A DNA stretch of 64,000 nucleotides from a virus. Under the pieces are notes generated by a model. That model ran no database searches. It worked only from the letters and a program-made list of their open reading frames with translations, and was not told where the DNA came from. A program made the position numbers and the translations under genes. The stretch spans positions 1 through 64,000 of IMG/VR virus record IMGVR_UViG_3300046474_000239, one strand, 5' to 3'. Position 1 is the stretch's first letter, and every line of letters begins with the position of its first letter. This document shows positions 8,637 to 18,072 of the stretch, in pieces.

Positions 8637-10193
8637 ATGGCCGTTCAACGAGTGAGACGCCTACGGCACGCCAGGGCGACCGTGGACCTGGAAGCCGACG
8701 TAGTCCAGATGATCGGGGTGGATGACCTGACCCCGGACGGCAAGAACCCACGGAAGGCTGACCAGGCCCGCTCCGCGCTACTACGTCTGTCCCTAGATAA
8801 GCTGGGCTTCCTCATGCCGCTATTCCGTCAAAGGTCTAGCGGCTTGTTGCTGTCTGGGCACCAGCGCCTCACTCAGTCGAAAGGCCTGGGCTTCCCAACC
8901 GTGCCCGTCGTGGACGTGGACGTAGCGGACGACGAGGTGATGAACATCAACTTGCTGTTCAACCGCCTGACCAACGACTTCAATGCCTTCGACACTGGAG
9001 CCACGGCCAAGGGCCGCATGGACATGCAAGGCATCCTGAAGCTGCTGGAGGCCCTGCCGGATCGGGCGGACGATGAGCACCCCGCCAACCACTGCAAGGT
9101 AGAACCTATCCGTCAGTTCGCCAACGGAGTAGCAGACCAGTACGACAAGAAAGCCGCCGTTACCGCTGGCGCGTTCACCCGTATGAATATCCGCATCCCG
9201 CTCGTCGTCAGCGAGTCCGGCCTCGTGGTCAACGGCGTTAACCGGATGTTCTCCGCGCTCGACCGTGGCATTGAGGAATGGCCAGTAGTCAGGATCCCAG
9301 ACAACATCGCAGCGGTTGCGCTCCAGGCGCTCAACTACTTGAGCATGGACTTCCACGTCAGTGAGGATTTCAAGAACCTGTTGCGCTCCTCGGCGTTCCG
9401 TCGCGTGTCGAACAACCGGGGCACAGTGGGCAAGTCCTACCGCTTCTGGGCCAACGGCTGCCGGTCGCTCCTGGACCGCGAGAGTTACACCACTCAATAC
9501 TGGGTGAACTTCCGCGACATCCACGGCACCAACATCCTCGACTTCGGGGGCGGCCTCTGCAAAGTGGCACCGTACCTTCAGACCAAGGGCTTCAACGCCA
9601 TCGACTTCGAGCCGTACCGGGTGGACCCGATCCTCAACGAAGCCGAACCATCCTTGCGCTACAGCCGCGAGCAGGCCAAGAAGTTCCTGGACGCGATCCA
9701 GGACCCCAAGCACCGCTTCGACAGCATCTTCCTTTCGGCGGTTCTGAACTCGGTGCCGTTCCCGGAGGATCGCTTGATGGTCCTGGCAATCGTGCACGCG
9801 CTCTGCTCGAAGGAGACGGTGGTCTACGGGACCTGCCGTGACCTATCCGACTTCGACTACGAGTACGGCGGTGTGCGGAACGGCAACTACTTTGTCTGGG
9901 ATACAGAGCCTGGCGTGCGCCTGGGTGACGTGTCGTCTCGGCCGAAGCTCCAGAAGTTCATGACGCAGGAGGAGGCACGCGGCTACTTCCAGCGTTGGTG
10001 GAAGACCATTGAGTTCTGGCCGGGCGGCAACGTGTTCTACTTCAAGCTGACTAACCCTATGGTCATGAACCAGAAGGCCCTACAGCAGAGCCTGGCTTTC
10101 GAATTTGATTTGCCCTTCGCGGACGGTGGTAGACTCGGTCTGGCCAACGAGGCAATCAAGGCCTTCAGCAAGAGACTGGGCCGCAAACTGTAG
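8637..10193 (+). CDS. Tandem ParB-like domains fused to a class I SAM-dependent methyltransferase-like domain
   Basis: NPRK..LGFLMP..LLSGHQR; second degenerate PLVV..VVNGVNR; ILDFGGG, DFEPY, FDSIFLSAVLNSVP. Confidence 0.8.
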   Translation: MAVQRVRRLRHARATVDLEADVVQMIGVDDLTPDGKNPRKADQARSALLRLSLDKLGFLMPLFRQRSSGLLLSGHQRLTQSKGLGFPTVPVVDVDVADDEVMNINLLFNRLTNDFNAFDTGATAKGRMDMQGILKLLEALPDRADDEHPANHCKVEPIRQFANGVADQYDKKAAVTAGAFTRMNIRIPLVVSESGLVVNGVNRMFSALDRGIEEWPVVRIPDNIAAVALQALNYLSMDFHVSEDFKNLLRSSAFRRVSNNRGTVGKSYRFWANGCRSLLDRESYTTQYWVNFRDIHGTNILDFGGGLCKVAPYLQTKGFNAIDFEPYRVDPILNEAEPSLRYSREQAKKFLDAIQDPKHRFDSIFLSAVLNSVPFPEDRLMVLAIVHALCSKETVVYGTCRDLSDFDYEYGGVRNGNYFVWDTEPGVRLGDVSSRPKLQKFMTQEEARGYFQRWWKTIEFWPGGNVFYFKLTNPMVMNQKALQQSLAFEFDLPFADGGRLGLANEAIKAFSKRLGRKL

Positions 10194-10202
10194 GAGGTCC
10201 CC

Positions 10203-10418
10203 ATGGAAGCGCCACCGACTGTCGAGTACCGAGGAGCCCAAGGGCGGGAGATGCGCGATGACAGCGTAGCCTCAGCCCTGCGGGAAGAAGCCAACAAGCT
10301 GGACCTAATCATCAAGGGACGCACCATCGGTGGCGACGTATGCCTGGACCCTGACGAGGCGCGGGGGTTGTCCAATAAGTTGCGAACATTGGCAGCCCAA
10401 CTCAATTGCAGATCTTGA
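10203..10418 (+). CDS. Small hypothetical protein
   Basis: AGGAGG RBS, fills the gap. Confidence 0.65.
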   Translation: MEAPPTVEYRGAQGREMRDDSVASALREEANKLDLIIKGRTIGGDVCLDPDEARGLSNKLRTLAAQLNCRS

Positions 10419-10444
10419 TGCAATCAATTGCACGGAGAAACGTC

Positions 10445-11176
10445 ATGCTGATCATGGACCACGAAAACGAACGCACCATCCACATACCGAACAACCCGAA
10501 CAAGTTCGTCTTTGATACGGAAGTGGCGGCCATCTTCGACGACATGGCGGAGCGTTCTATCCCCATGTTCCGTGAGGCCCATGCACTGCATGCCCGTTAC
10601 CTGGCTCCATGGATCGCACGAGGCGCGAGCGTCCTGGACATCGGCGCATCACGCGGGGCGTTTCTGGCAGCACTTGATACGGAGTACGGCATCGAGAACT
10701 TGAATGTCCGCGCTACCGATAGCTCCCCCGCCATGGTGGGCTACACGTCCAGTGACTTCCCTTCGGTCGACGTGGAGCAGGTGGACATTACTTCGCGGGG
10801 CTTCATGAACTGCCTGCACACCTACGACGTGATCAACATGACCTACGTCCTCCAGTTCATACCCAAGGCCCAGCAGCGCCTGGTATTGTCCAAGGTATGC
10901 AGCATGATCAAGAAAGGCGGGGCGTTGATCCTCGGACAGAAGAACAAAGACGATTCTCCTATTGGCGCGGCTGTTCATGAGCAGTACATTCAATGGCGTA
11001 TGGCCAACGGATACACTCGTGAGGAGATCGAGGCCAAGACCGCAGCGCTGGCTAACAGCATGTGGCCAATGACCGAGCCGGACCTGGTGGAAGCGCTCAA
11101 GAGCTTCGGCATGACCGAAGTGGCGAGGACCTGCTCCTGGGGACCCTTCAGCAACTTACTCTGCATCAAGAGGTAA
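10445..11176 (+). CDS. CmoA (carboxy-SAM synthase)-like SAM-binding protein, divergent
   Basis: FVFD..VA.IFDDM..RSIP, VLDIGASRG, DSSPAM, VLQF, GGALIL..K, ANGY..EEI..K..L.N.M follow the CmoA pattern recalled from E. coli. Confidence 0.85.
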   Translation: MLIMDHENERTIHIPNNPNKFVFDTEVAAIFDDMAERSIPMFREAHALHARYLAPWIARGASVLDIGASRGAFLAALDTEYGIENLNVRATDSSPAMVGYTSSDFPSVDVEQVDITSRGFMNCLHTYDVINMTYVLQFIPKAQQRLVLSKVCSMIKKGGALILGQKNKDDSPIGAAVHEQYIQWRMANGYTREEIEAKTAALANSMWPMTEPDLVEALKSFGMTEVARTCSWGPFSNLLCIKR

Positions 11177-11181
11177 CACCC

Positions 11182-11952
11182 ATGGCTACCGGCGATAACA
11201 ACGAGCGCCCAGGGCAACGACGCATCGTAGTGCGCCGGACCCGGAACGGGGCACGCTTCACACCACGCGGGCGGATCGACGGAACTCCTCGTGAGATAGA
11301 CGAGGTAGACGACGCTATCGAGCCGGAGCTGCTGGAACGTCACGTCCGCGAGCAGGCCCGTGCTACTCCTGAGGACCGGGATGACACGGGCGGCCCCAAC
11401 CCACGGCAACGGATGCTGGAAGTAGAGCAGGCAGGTAATGCCACCTACGCCAAAGAGTTCCGCCTGGGTCTACTGCAACGCCTCCTCCTGCGTAAGCTCC
11501 CCCTGGACCAGATTGCCCAGCAGCTTGGCGTATCCATCTCGACCATCGAGAAGGACAGGGCGCTGATCAAGAAGCGGATGCGCGAGGCGGCCAAGGAACT
11601 GAACATCGACGAGATGATTGGTGGCCAGACCTTCATGTACGACGAGATCGCTGCGATGGCCATGCGGATCGCCTCGACTACCTCTGGTGAACGTAGCGTG
11701 CCCGTGGCGATGCAGCTCGCAGCCATGCGTACAACACTGGCCAGCCAGGCAGACAAGACCCGCTTCCTACAGTCGGCTGGAGTCTTCGATGTACTGCGCT
11801 TCCGCAAGGCCGACAGCGGCGAAGCAATGTCCGATATTCAGATCCTCATGGAGCGTACTGCGCAGATGTTGTCTGGTCTGGCAGACGATGGCATGGGCGG
11901 CTTCCAGGCTTTCGACCTGAACGAGATCGAACCAGAGAGCGAGGAGCTTTGA
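11182..11952 (+). CDS. Terminase small subunit (HTH)
   Basis: LDQIAQQLGVSISTIEKD HTH; directly upstream of terminase large subunit. Confidence 0.7.
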   Translation: MATGDNNERPGQRRIVVRRTRNGARFTPRGRIDGTPREIDEVDDAIEPELLERHVREQARATPEDRDDTGGPNPRQRMLEVEQAGNATYAKEFRLGLLQRLLLRKLPLDQIAQQLGVSISTIEKDRALIKKRMREAAKELNIDEMIGGQTFMYDEIAAMAMRIASTTSGERSVPVAMQLAAMRTTLASQADKTRFLQSAGVFDVLRFRKADSGEAMSDIQILMERTAQMLSGLADDGMGGFQAFDLNEIEPESEEL

Positions 11953-11953
11953 C

Positions 11954-13879
11954 ATGGCCGCACCACTGAAGATCCCTGCCCGCCGTCAGCAGTATCTGAT
12001 GGAGCAGGTCGACGAGATCGCGAGCGGCCTGGGCAACCAGCAGTTCGGTGAGATGTACAAGGCAGCCGTGGGCAACATGCTTCGGGGTGACGACACCCTG
12101 TTCAAGTTCATGTCTGCCCTGGAGCGTGTGCCGGTCGACATCGAAACCTTCCTGGACGGCGAGGAGTTCCTGGGCGCAACTGACTTGGTGATGTGGCCCG
12201 CCGTACGCCAGGCAGTCATCGACGCCAACAAGAACTGGTGGAGGGGCACCAAGGACCCGGAGAACGGCGCCTACGATACCGTGTGCCTGATGGGCTGCAC
12301 CCGTTCCGGTAAGACGACCCAAGCCATGATCGGCACCGCCTACCACCTGTACATCCTGACCTGCATGAAGAACCCGCAGACCTGGTACGGCCTGCCCTCG
12401 GCTACGTCCATCGTGTTCCCGATCATCGGTGCCAAGCCGCACGTAACGAAGAAGGTGGTCTACGCGCCGCTGCGCAAGCTGATCGAGCGGATGCCGTACT
12501 TCCAGACCACCGGCCTGCCGGACAAGAACATCGACTCGGAAATGTACTTCGTGGAGAAGAACATCCGCGTCGTGCCCGTGGGCGGTAGCGAAGATTCGAT
12601 CCTCGGTGAAGCAACCATCGGCGGCCTGATCGACGAGATCAACTTCATGAACGTGGTGCAGAAGTCGAAGAAGGCTGAAGTGTCCACCGGGCGGAGCGGC
12701 GTGTACGACCAGGCAGCCATGGTGTACGACACATTCACCCGTCGTCGTCGCGGTACGTTCGCCAAGAAGTTCCCGCAGATTGGTTTGATCTATGCCTCGT
12801 CGTCGACCCGGTACAAGGGCGACTTCACTGACAAGCTGAAGGCAGAGACCGAGAAGTACGACCACAAGAACGTCTACATCTTCAACAAGCGCCAGTTCGA
12901 TGTGCAGCCGAAGGAGAACTACTGCGGTGAGACCTTCCGCCTGTTGATCGGTAACGACGTGCAACACGACACCCGCGTGCTGAAGGATGACGAAGAGGTG
13001 GTCGTAGGCGCCTGGGTGGAAGACGTACCTATCGAGTACCTCCAGGACTTCCAGCGTAAGCCATACGACGCGATGCGCGACGTGCTGGGCCTGTCGTCCA
13101 ACGTGATCAGCCCGTTCATCAAGACCCGCTACAAGATCTACGAGTGCGTGGAGTACGGCCAGGAGCTTCAGCTCGAATCGTTCCTGCTGAAGGACCATGT
13201 GATCCTCGGCGTCGACGGCATGCCCCAGGTGCAGTCGAAACACTACTGCATGAACCCATCACGCCCGCGCTACGTTCACATCGACTTGTCGCAAACAGGG
13301 GACCGGTGTGGCATTGCCATGGTGCGTTTCGACGGTATGATTTCAATACGCCGCAACGGGGACATGACAGAGATGCTCCCGCTCGGGGCGGTAGAGATGG
13401 CTTGCTCGATTGAGCCGGACGCAAACAACGAGATCGACATTGCCGAGGTACGAAGTTTCGTACGCAGTCTGATGAAGACCTACGGCTACCCGATCAAGGG
13501 CGTGTCCTACGACGGCTTTGACAGCCGCGAGTCCATCCAGCAGTGGCGCAAGGATCGGATGCCTTCCAAGGTCATCTCGATGGACCGAACCAGCGGACCC
13601 TACAAGCAGTTCCGGGATGCGCTGTACGACCGACGCATTGCGCTCCTTGATGACCCTGACACCGTGAGCGAGATCCTCGACCTGGAGTACGACGAGTCGA
13701 AAGACAAAGTCGACCACACCATGATCGGGCGGAAGGACGTGTCGGATGCCATCTGCGGTGCGTACACCAACATGCTGGAACGTCGCAGCACCTGGGCGAA
13801 CGTGACGGATGATATGACCGATGACAACACTATCGGTCGCCACGATGACGAGCGTAACGACGACGTTCGTCCTACATAG
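11954..13879 (+). CDS. Terminase large subunit
   Basis: Walker A GCTRSGKTT, Walker B GGLIDE, coupling motif ASS, RNase H-like HIDLS...D, SYD, KDVSDA. Confidence 0.9.
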   Translation: MAAPLKIPARRQQYLMEQVDEIASGLGNQQFGEMYKAAVGNMLRGDDTLFKFMSALERVPVDIETFLDGEEFLGATDLVMWPAVRQAVIDANKNWWRGTKDPENGAYDTVCLMGCTRSGKTTQAMIGTAYHLYILTCMKNPQTWYGLPSATSIVFPIIGAKPHVTKKVVYAPLRKLIERMPYFQTTGLPDKNIDSEMYFVEKNIRVVPVGGSEDSILGEATIGGLIDEINFMNVVQKSKKAEVSTGRSGVYDQAAMVYDTFTRRRRGTFAKKFPQIGLIYASSSTRYKGDFTDKLKAETEKYDHKNVYIFNKRQFDVQPKENYCGETFRLLIGNDVQHDTRVLKDDEEVVVGAWVEDVPIEYLQDFQRKPYDAMRDVLGLSSNVISPFIKTRYKIYECVEYGQELQLESFLLKDHVILGVDGMPQVQSKHYCMNPSRPRYVHIDLSQTGDRCGIAMVRFDGMISIRRNGDMTEMLPLGAVEMACSIEPDANNEIDIAEVRSFVRSLMKTYGYPIKGVSYDGFDSRESIQQWRKDRMPSKVISMDRTSGPYKQFRDALYDRRIALLDDPDTVSEILDLEYDESKDKVDHTMIGRKDVSDAICGAYTNMLERRSTWANVTDDMTDDNTIGRHDDERNDDVRPT

Positions 13880-13891
13880 GGGTACAGGGAC

Positions 13892-14188
13892 ATGATGATT
13901 TTCGAGGTGCTGGGCACACTCTGGCTGGTCTTGGTAGGTCTTCGAGCACCTACGCTCACCTGGGAGAGCCGCGTGATGTACAGGCTCTTCAGGACCCGTT
14001 ATACGAAGAAGCAGGCGGCGTATGTAACCGTCCGCTACGTCTGGCTCCCCGGACTGCTCATGGCCCCAGGGATCTTTCTCATTGAAGGCTTCGACACCTT
14101 CAAGCCAGCGCAACTCGAAGACATCAAATCCGCAGCGATCCACCTGGACCGCCTGCTTCAACAACGTGCTCAGCCCGAGGAGCAGTGA
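13892..14188 (+). CDS. Small membrane protein
   Basis: Two hydrophobic segments, operonic position. Confidence 0.55.
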   Translation: MMIFEVLGTLWLVLVGLRAPTLTWESRVMYRLFRTRYTKKQAAYVTVRYVWLPGLLMAPGIFLIEGFDTFKPAQLEDIKSAAIHLDRLLQQRAQPEEQ

Positions 14189-14189
14189 C

Positions 14190-15038
14190 ATGCAACAGTA
14201 CCGCGAGATGGTTTCCTACATCCTTCAAGACGGCGAGGCCCGCCAGTGGCGTAACGGCCACACAGGTATCAGCGTCTTCGATTACCGGATGGAGTTCGAC
14301 TTGCGCAAAGGCTTCCCGTTGCTGGGGCTCAAGTTCGTACCCTTCATGGGTCAATGCCTCGGCGAGTTGCTTGGCTTCCTGCGTGGCTACACCAGCGCTG
14401 CGGACTTCCGCAAACTGGGCTGCACCATCTGGGACCTGAACGCCAACAACGAACCGGCCTGGCTCGACAACCCTGCCCGCCGTGGGCACGATGACCTCGG
14501 GCGGATCTACGGTGCACAGTGGCGGGACATCCGCGTCGAGGACGGCGGCAGCTACGCGGTCAAGGACCAGATGTGGGAACTCCTCAACGGTCTGCGCAAC
14601 GACCCACACGGGCGGCGTCACGTAGTCAGCGCATGGAACCCCGGCGAGCTGCATCTCATGGCCCTGCCTCCTTGCCACATGTTCTTCCAATGCTACGTGA
14701 GCAACGACGGACACCTGGACCTGAAGATGTACCAGCGCAGCGCCGACACCTTCCTGGGCGTGCCCTTCAACATCGCCAGCTATGCAGCCCTGATGATCGT
14801 CATCGGCAAGCTGACCGGCCTCACGCCCCGTCGCCTGATCATGGACTTCGGCGATGCTCACCTGTACTCCGACCACCTGGAGAAGGCGACCATCATGATG
14901 TCCCGTCCTTCGCTGCGCTTGCCGGAGCTGGAAGCGGACATCGGCCCGAGCCAGTCTCTGGAGTCGATTGAACCGGACCAGTTCAACTTGGTAGGGTATG
15001 AGTCACACCCAGCCATCAAAGCGAGCATGGCCGTATGA
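14190..15038 (+). CDS. thyA: Thymidylate synthase
   Basis: GRIYGAQWR, GRRH..SAWNP, LPPCH, YQRSAD.FLGVPFNIASY, DAHLY. Confidence 0.96.
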   Translation: MQQYREMVSYILQDGEARQWRNGHTGISVFDYRMEFDLRKGFPLLGLKFVPFMGQCLGELLGFLRGYTSAADFRKLGCTIWDLNANNEPAWLDNPARRGHDDLGRIYGAQWRDIRVEDGGSYAVKDQMWELLNGLRNDPHGRRHVVSAWNPGELHLMALPPCHMFFQCYVSNDGHLDLKMYQRSADTFLGVPFNIASYAALMIVIGKLTGLTPRRLIMDFGDAHLYSDHLEKATIMMSRPSLRLPELEADIGPSQSLESIEPDQFNLVGYESHPAIKASMAV

Positions 15039-16465
15039 CTACCAAACGAATCCCCCGGACCCGCAGCGGCATGGTCCACGGTAGGGCCGTAGGGCACGGC
15101 CCGAATCCCGGCCTGCGCCTGGCAGACCCGAGCACCAGCGGAGCAATCGCCCTGGCACTCGAAGAGATCAAGAACCAGCCTGGCAAGCTGGCGAAGGTTG
15201 AGATGCTCAAGGCACTGCGCGACAGCTACCCGTTCGCCCTGGACGTGATGAAGGCCGTCTTCGATGTCAACGTGACCTACGGAATCAAGAAGGTGCCCGA
15301 GGCCCGGATCATCCCGAACCGCACGGTGCGCAAGGAGTTCGACTCAGACACCTTGGGCATCCTGGAAGACCTTGCAAACCGCACGCTGACAGGTAACCGC
15401 GCCCAGGAAGTGCTCGCTGTGGAGCTGGGCCAACTCACCATCGAGTCTCGTGGCCTGCTCACCGCGATCCTGCAACAGAACCTGCGGGCGGGGTTCAGCG
15501 TCGACGTGGTCAACCAGGTATGGGGCAAGGTCCTCAAGGTCGTGAAGATCCAACTGGCAAACACCTACTTCATGAAGCTGAAGGCAGGGGAGAGCGGACC
15601 ACGCAAGGTCAACCCGAAGGCCCGCTTCCCTGCATGGCATGACATCAAGTACGACGGCGTGCGCGGTTGTTACCTGAGCGACGACCCTGGCTTCTTCAGC
15701 CGTAAGGGCCTGCCGCTGGAAGTACCGCCAAGCCTGGACAAACTGATCCAGTCCTTCCTGTCCGACCTGGCTGCCCAGCGCAACCACGAGACCGGGCTCG
15801 ATGAAGCGTTATTCCTGGACTGTGAGATCGTGCCGCTCAATGGCGGGTTCGCGGACATCATGAGCCAGGTGCGTGCCTCGAAGCGGGGAGCGAGCGAGGG
15901 AACTACCGGTATTCGTATCATCGACATCCTGTCCCGTACCGAGTATGAAGCAGGCAAGTCGGACGACGACCAGAAGACCCGCCGTGCGTACCTGGAGGAG
16001 ATGATCAAGACGCCGTGGTTCCAGCCTTACACCGGGTACATCAAGCTGACCGAAGGGCAGCACGTAGAAGATGATGCACAGGCTCAGAGGTTTTACGCCA
16101 AGGTGCTGCTCAACGGTGGCGAAGGCACGATGCACAAGCACTACGAGGACTTCTGGGAAGCCAAGCGTTCTGATTCCTGGCTGAAGCTGAAGCCTGCGGA
16201 GGAGATCGAGGGTGAGATCGTCGGGTACAAGGAGGGCGCCAAGCACAGCAAGTGGGAGGGCTTCCTCGGGGCGGTCCTGGTCAAGATCCCTAGCGGGGTA
16301 ATCGTCTCGGTCGACGGCATGACGGACAAGGTGCGGGAGTACATCCACCACCACCGCGAAGAACTCATGTTCGAGACGGCTGAGCTGCTCTACCACGAGA
16401 AGACCCCAGACGGCAGCCTGCGCCATCCACGGTTCAAGCCTGGCTTCGTTCGCGACGATAAATAA
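15035..16465 (+). CDS. ATP-dependent DNA ligase
   Basis: Motif I IKYDGVR, LDCE, EG.M.K, WLKLK, OB-fold ending SLRHPRF. Confidence 0.93.
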   Translation: MTTKRIPRTRSGMVHGRAVGHGPNPGLRLADPSTSGAIALALEEIKNQPGKLAKVEMLKALRDSYPFALDVMKAVFDVNVTYGIKKVPEARIIPNRTVRKEFDSDTLGILEDLANRTLTGNRAQEVLAVELGQLTIESRGLLTAILQQNLRAGFSVDVVNQVWGKVLKVVKIQLANTYFMKLKAGESGPRKVNPKARFPAWHDIKYDGVRGCYLSDDPGFFSRKGLPLEVPPSLDKLIQSFLSDLAAQRNHETGLDEALFLDCEIVPLNGGFADIMSQVRASKRGASEGTTGIRIIDILSRTEYEAGKSDDDQKTRRAYLEEMIKTPWFQPYTGYIKLTEGQHVEDDAQAQRFYAKVLLNGGEGTMHKHYEDFWEAKRSDSWLKLKPAEEIEGEIVGYKEGAKHSKWEGFLGAVLVKIPSGVIVSVDGMTDKVREYIHHHREELMFETAELLYHEKTPDGSLRHPRFKPGFVRDDK

Positions 16466-16497
16466 TTTACGTGCAATCAATTGCACCGGAGAAAAAC

Positions 16498-17028
16498 ATG
16501 CTGCTTTCCTACCTTGAACTCTGTGAGTTAATCGAACAAGGCGTTATCAAAGGCGTCGAGGAACACGAGGTCCAGGCCGCCAGTATCGACCTGAAGCTGG
16601 GCACAGGGTTCAAGGTGGAGGCGAGCAACGTCTCTTCCCATATCGTAGACCTCAGTGAACGTCAATCTATCGCTTTCTATGAGGTCCAGGAGAGGGTCAT
16701 TCTGGCTCCCCAGGAGTTCGTACTGGCACACACCGAAGCGACGTTTGATTTGCCACTAGACATCTCAGCAGCCTTCTGCCTAAAGTCTTCCATGGCTCGC
16801 AACGGCCTGGAGCATTTGAATGCTTGCTGGGCCGATGCCGGGTGGAACGGATCAACCCTGACCATGGAGTTAAAAAACATGACGCGGTTCCACACGCTCA
16901 TGCTTCAGGCAGGCATGTACATCGGTCAGATGAAGTTTTTCCGGCACACAGCGGTGCCCGAGGAGTTCAGCTACCGTGTGAGAGGACGGTACAACGGTGA
17001 TGCGTCCGTTAGTGCTATCAAGCCGTAA
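16498..17028 (+). CDS. dcd: dCTP deaminase
   Basis: ASIDLKLG, FVLAHT, KSSMAR.G, DAGW.G.LT.E, IGQM.F, Y.GRY. Confidence 0.9.
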   Translation: MLLSYLELCELIEQGVIKGVEEHEVQAASIDLKLGTGFKVEASNVSSHIVDLSERQSIAFYEVQERVILAPQEFVLAHTEATFDLPLDISAAFCLKSSMARNGLEHLNACWADAGWNGSTLTMELKNMTRFHTLMLQAGMYIGQMKFFRHTAVPEEFSYRVRGRYNGDASVSAIKP

Positions 17029-17049
17029 TAAGCGCAAGGAGTGTCGAAG

Positions 17050-17904
17050 ATGTCTCATTCAAGACAGAGTCAACGCCGCACGGGTTCCAACAAGGGCCAG
17101 GGTCAACGCGAAGAACGCCGGGGCAACCGGGCGGAACGCCGAGGCAACAAGGCCCCGAACGTGGTAGACATCAACGACGCAGTGGCCCGTAAGGAAGGCC
17201 CTGCCAAGAAGCAATGGCATGAACACGACCTCCGCCACATCCAAGGCATGACCGATAACCAGGACACCGCTATCGAAGCCTACCTGGCTACCGACGACGG
17301 CCACCTGGGTCTCTTGGGTTCGGCGGGCTCCGGCAAGACCCTCCTGGCCTTGTATCTCGCATTCATCTCCTACACTCGCGGCGAGGCCGAGGGCGTGACG
17401 GTAGTGCGGTCCTCTGTACCTAAGCGGGACCCAGGCGCGCTGCCCGGCACCCTGGAGCAGAAGCAAGCCCCGTACGAAGCCCCATACCGCAGCCTCCTGC
17501 ACTTCCTGTTCGGTCGCGCATCGACGTACGACGATATGAAAGAAGCAGGCGTGATCGAGTACAAGTCGACCAGCTACCTGCGCGGCACCACCATCGACAA
17601 CCGGATCATCCTCGTAGAGGAAGCCCAGAACCTGGACTTCGATGAGATCGACTCGGTGCTCACTCGGGCGGGTACAGGCTCCCGCGTCATCCTTACCGGT
17701 GACACGCTGCGCCAGTGCGACCTCAAGCACTTCGAGGTGTCCGGCATCCAGATCCTTCAGCAGGTCAAAGACAAGTTGGAAGGTATGACCATCGTCGAGT
17801 TCGGCCCGCAGGATTGCGTGCGGTCGGGTTTCGCGAAGTCCTGGTTGCTGGCTACCGAGGAGTTCTTCACCGAGCAGCGTGCCCGCGAACGTAACGAGCG
17901 TTAA
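17050..17904 (+). CDS. phoH: PhoH-family ATPase
   Basis: GSAGSGKT, G.LPG...K..PY, YLRG.T, EEAQN, LTR.G, GD..Q.D, VRS. Confidence 0.92.
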   Translation: MSHSRQSQRRTGSNKGQGQREERRGNRAERRGNKAPNVVDINDAVARKEGPAKKQWHEHDLRHIQGMTDNQDTAIEAYLATDDGHLGLLGSAGSGKTLLALYLAFISYTRGEAEGVTVVRSSVPKRDPGALPGTLEQKQAPYEAPYRSLLHFLFGRASTYDDMKEAGVIEYKSTSYLRGTTIDNRIILVEEAQNLDFDEIDSVLTRAGTGSRVILTGDTLRQCDLKHFEVSGIQILQQVKDKLEGMTIVEFGPQDCVRSGFAKSWLLATEEFFTEQRARERNER

Positions 17905-17922
17905 CAGGTGATGCAGCGGCGG

Positions 17923-17950
17923 TTGACAAAGCGTCAGCCGTCGCTAGTAT
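17923..17950 (+). promoter_or_regulatory. Sigma70-type promoter
   Basis: TTGACA (17923) N16 TAGTAT (17945) in an intergenic gap. Confidence 0.6.
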
Positions 17951-17961
17951 CAAGGTGCCAG

Positions 17962-18054
17962 CGCGCTTTCGTGTGTGACCTGCTTTGAGGCAAACGACCA
18001 TGGATGGTTGAGGGGCAGGGATGATAAGTAGGCCACACACGAAAGTACGAAGGA
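17962..18054 (+). ncRNA. Structured leader or sRNA with CsrA/RsmA-type sites
   Basis: CTTTCGTGTGTG 17966-77 pairs perfectly with 18034-45; CATGGATG in a hairpin and CAGGGATG inside. Confidence 0.55.
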
Positions 18055-18072
18055 CAGTTGGAGGAGACGGCC

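Noticed and set aside
7854-10193. Classical ParABS partition system
   Set aside because: No ParA in the window and no recognisable parS-binding HTH in either ParB-domain protein; they resemble modification-associated ParB-N proteins
6268-13243. Long minus-strand ORFs (e.g. 6268-7731, 8820-9797, 11846-13243)
   Set aside because: Antisense shadows of GC-rich, codon-biased + strand genes; no motifs or RBS
14190-15038. Thymidylate synthase homologue making a modified pyrimidine
   Set aside because: The dUMP-specifying Asn (PFN) and all ThyA motifs are canonical; dcd plus dUTPase fit ordinary dTTP supply
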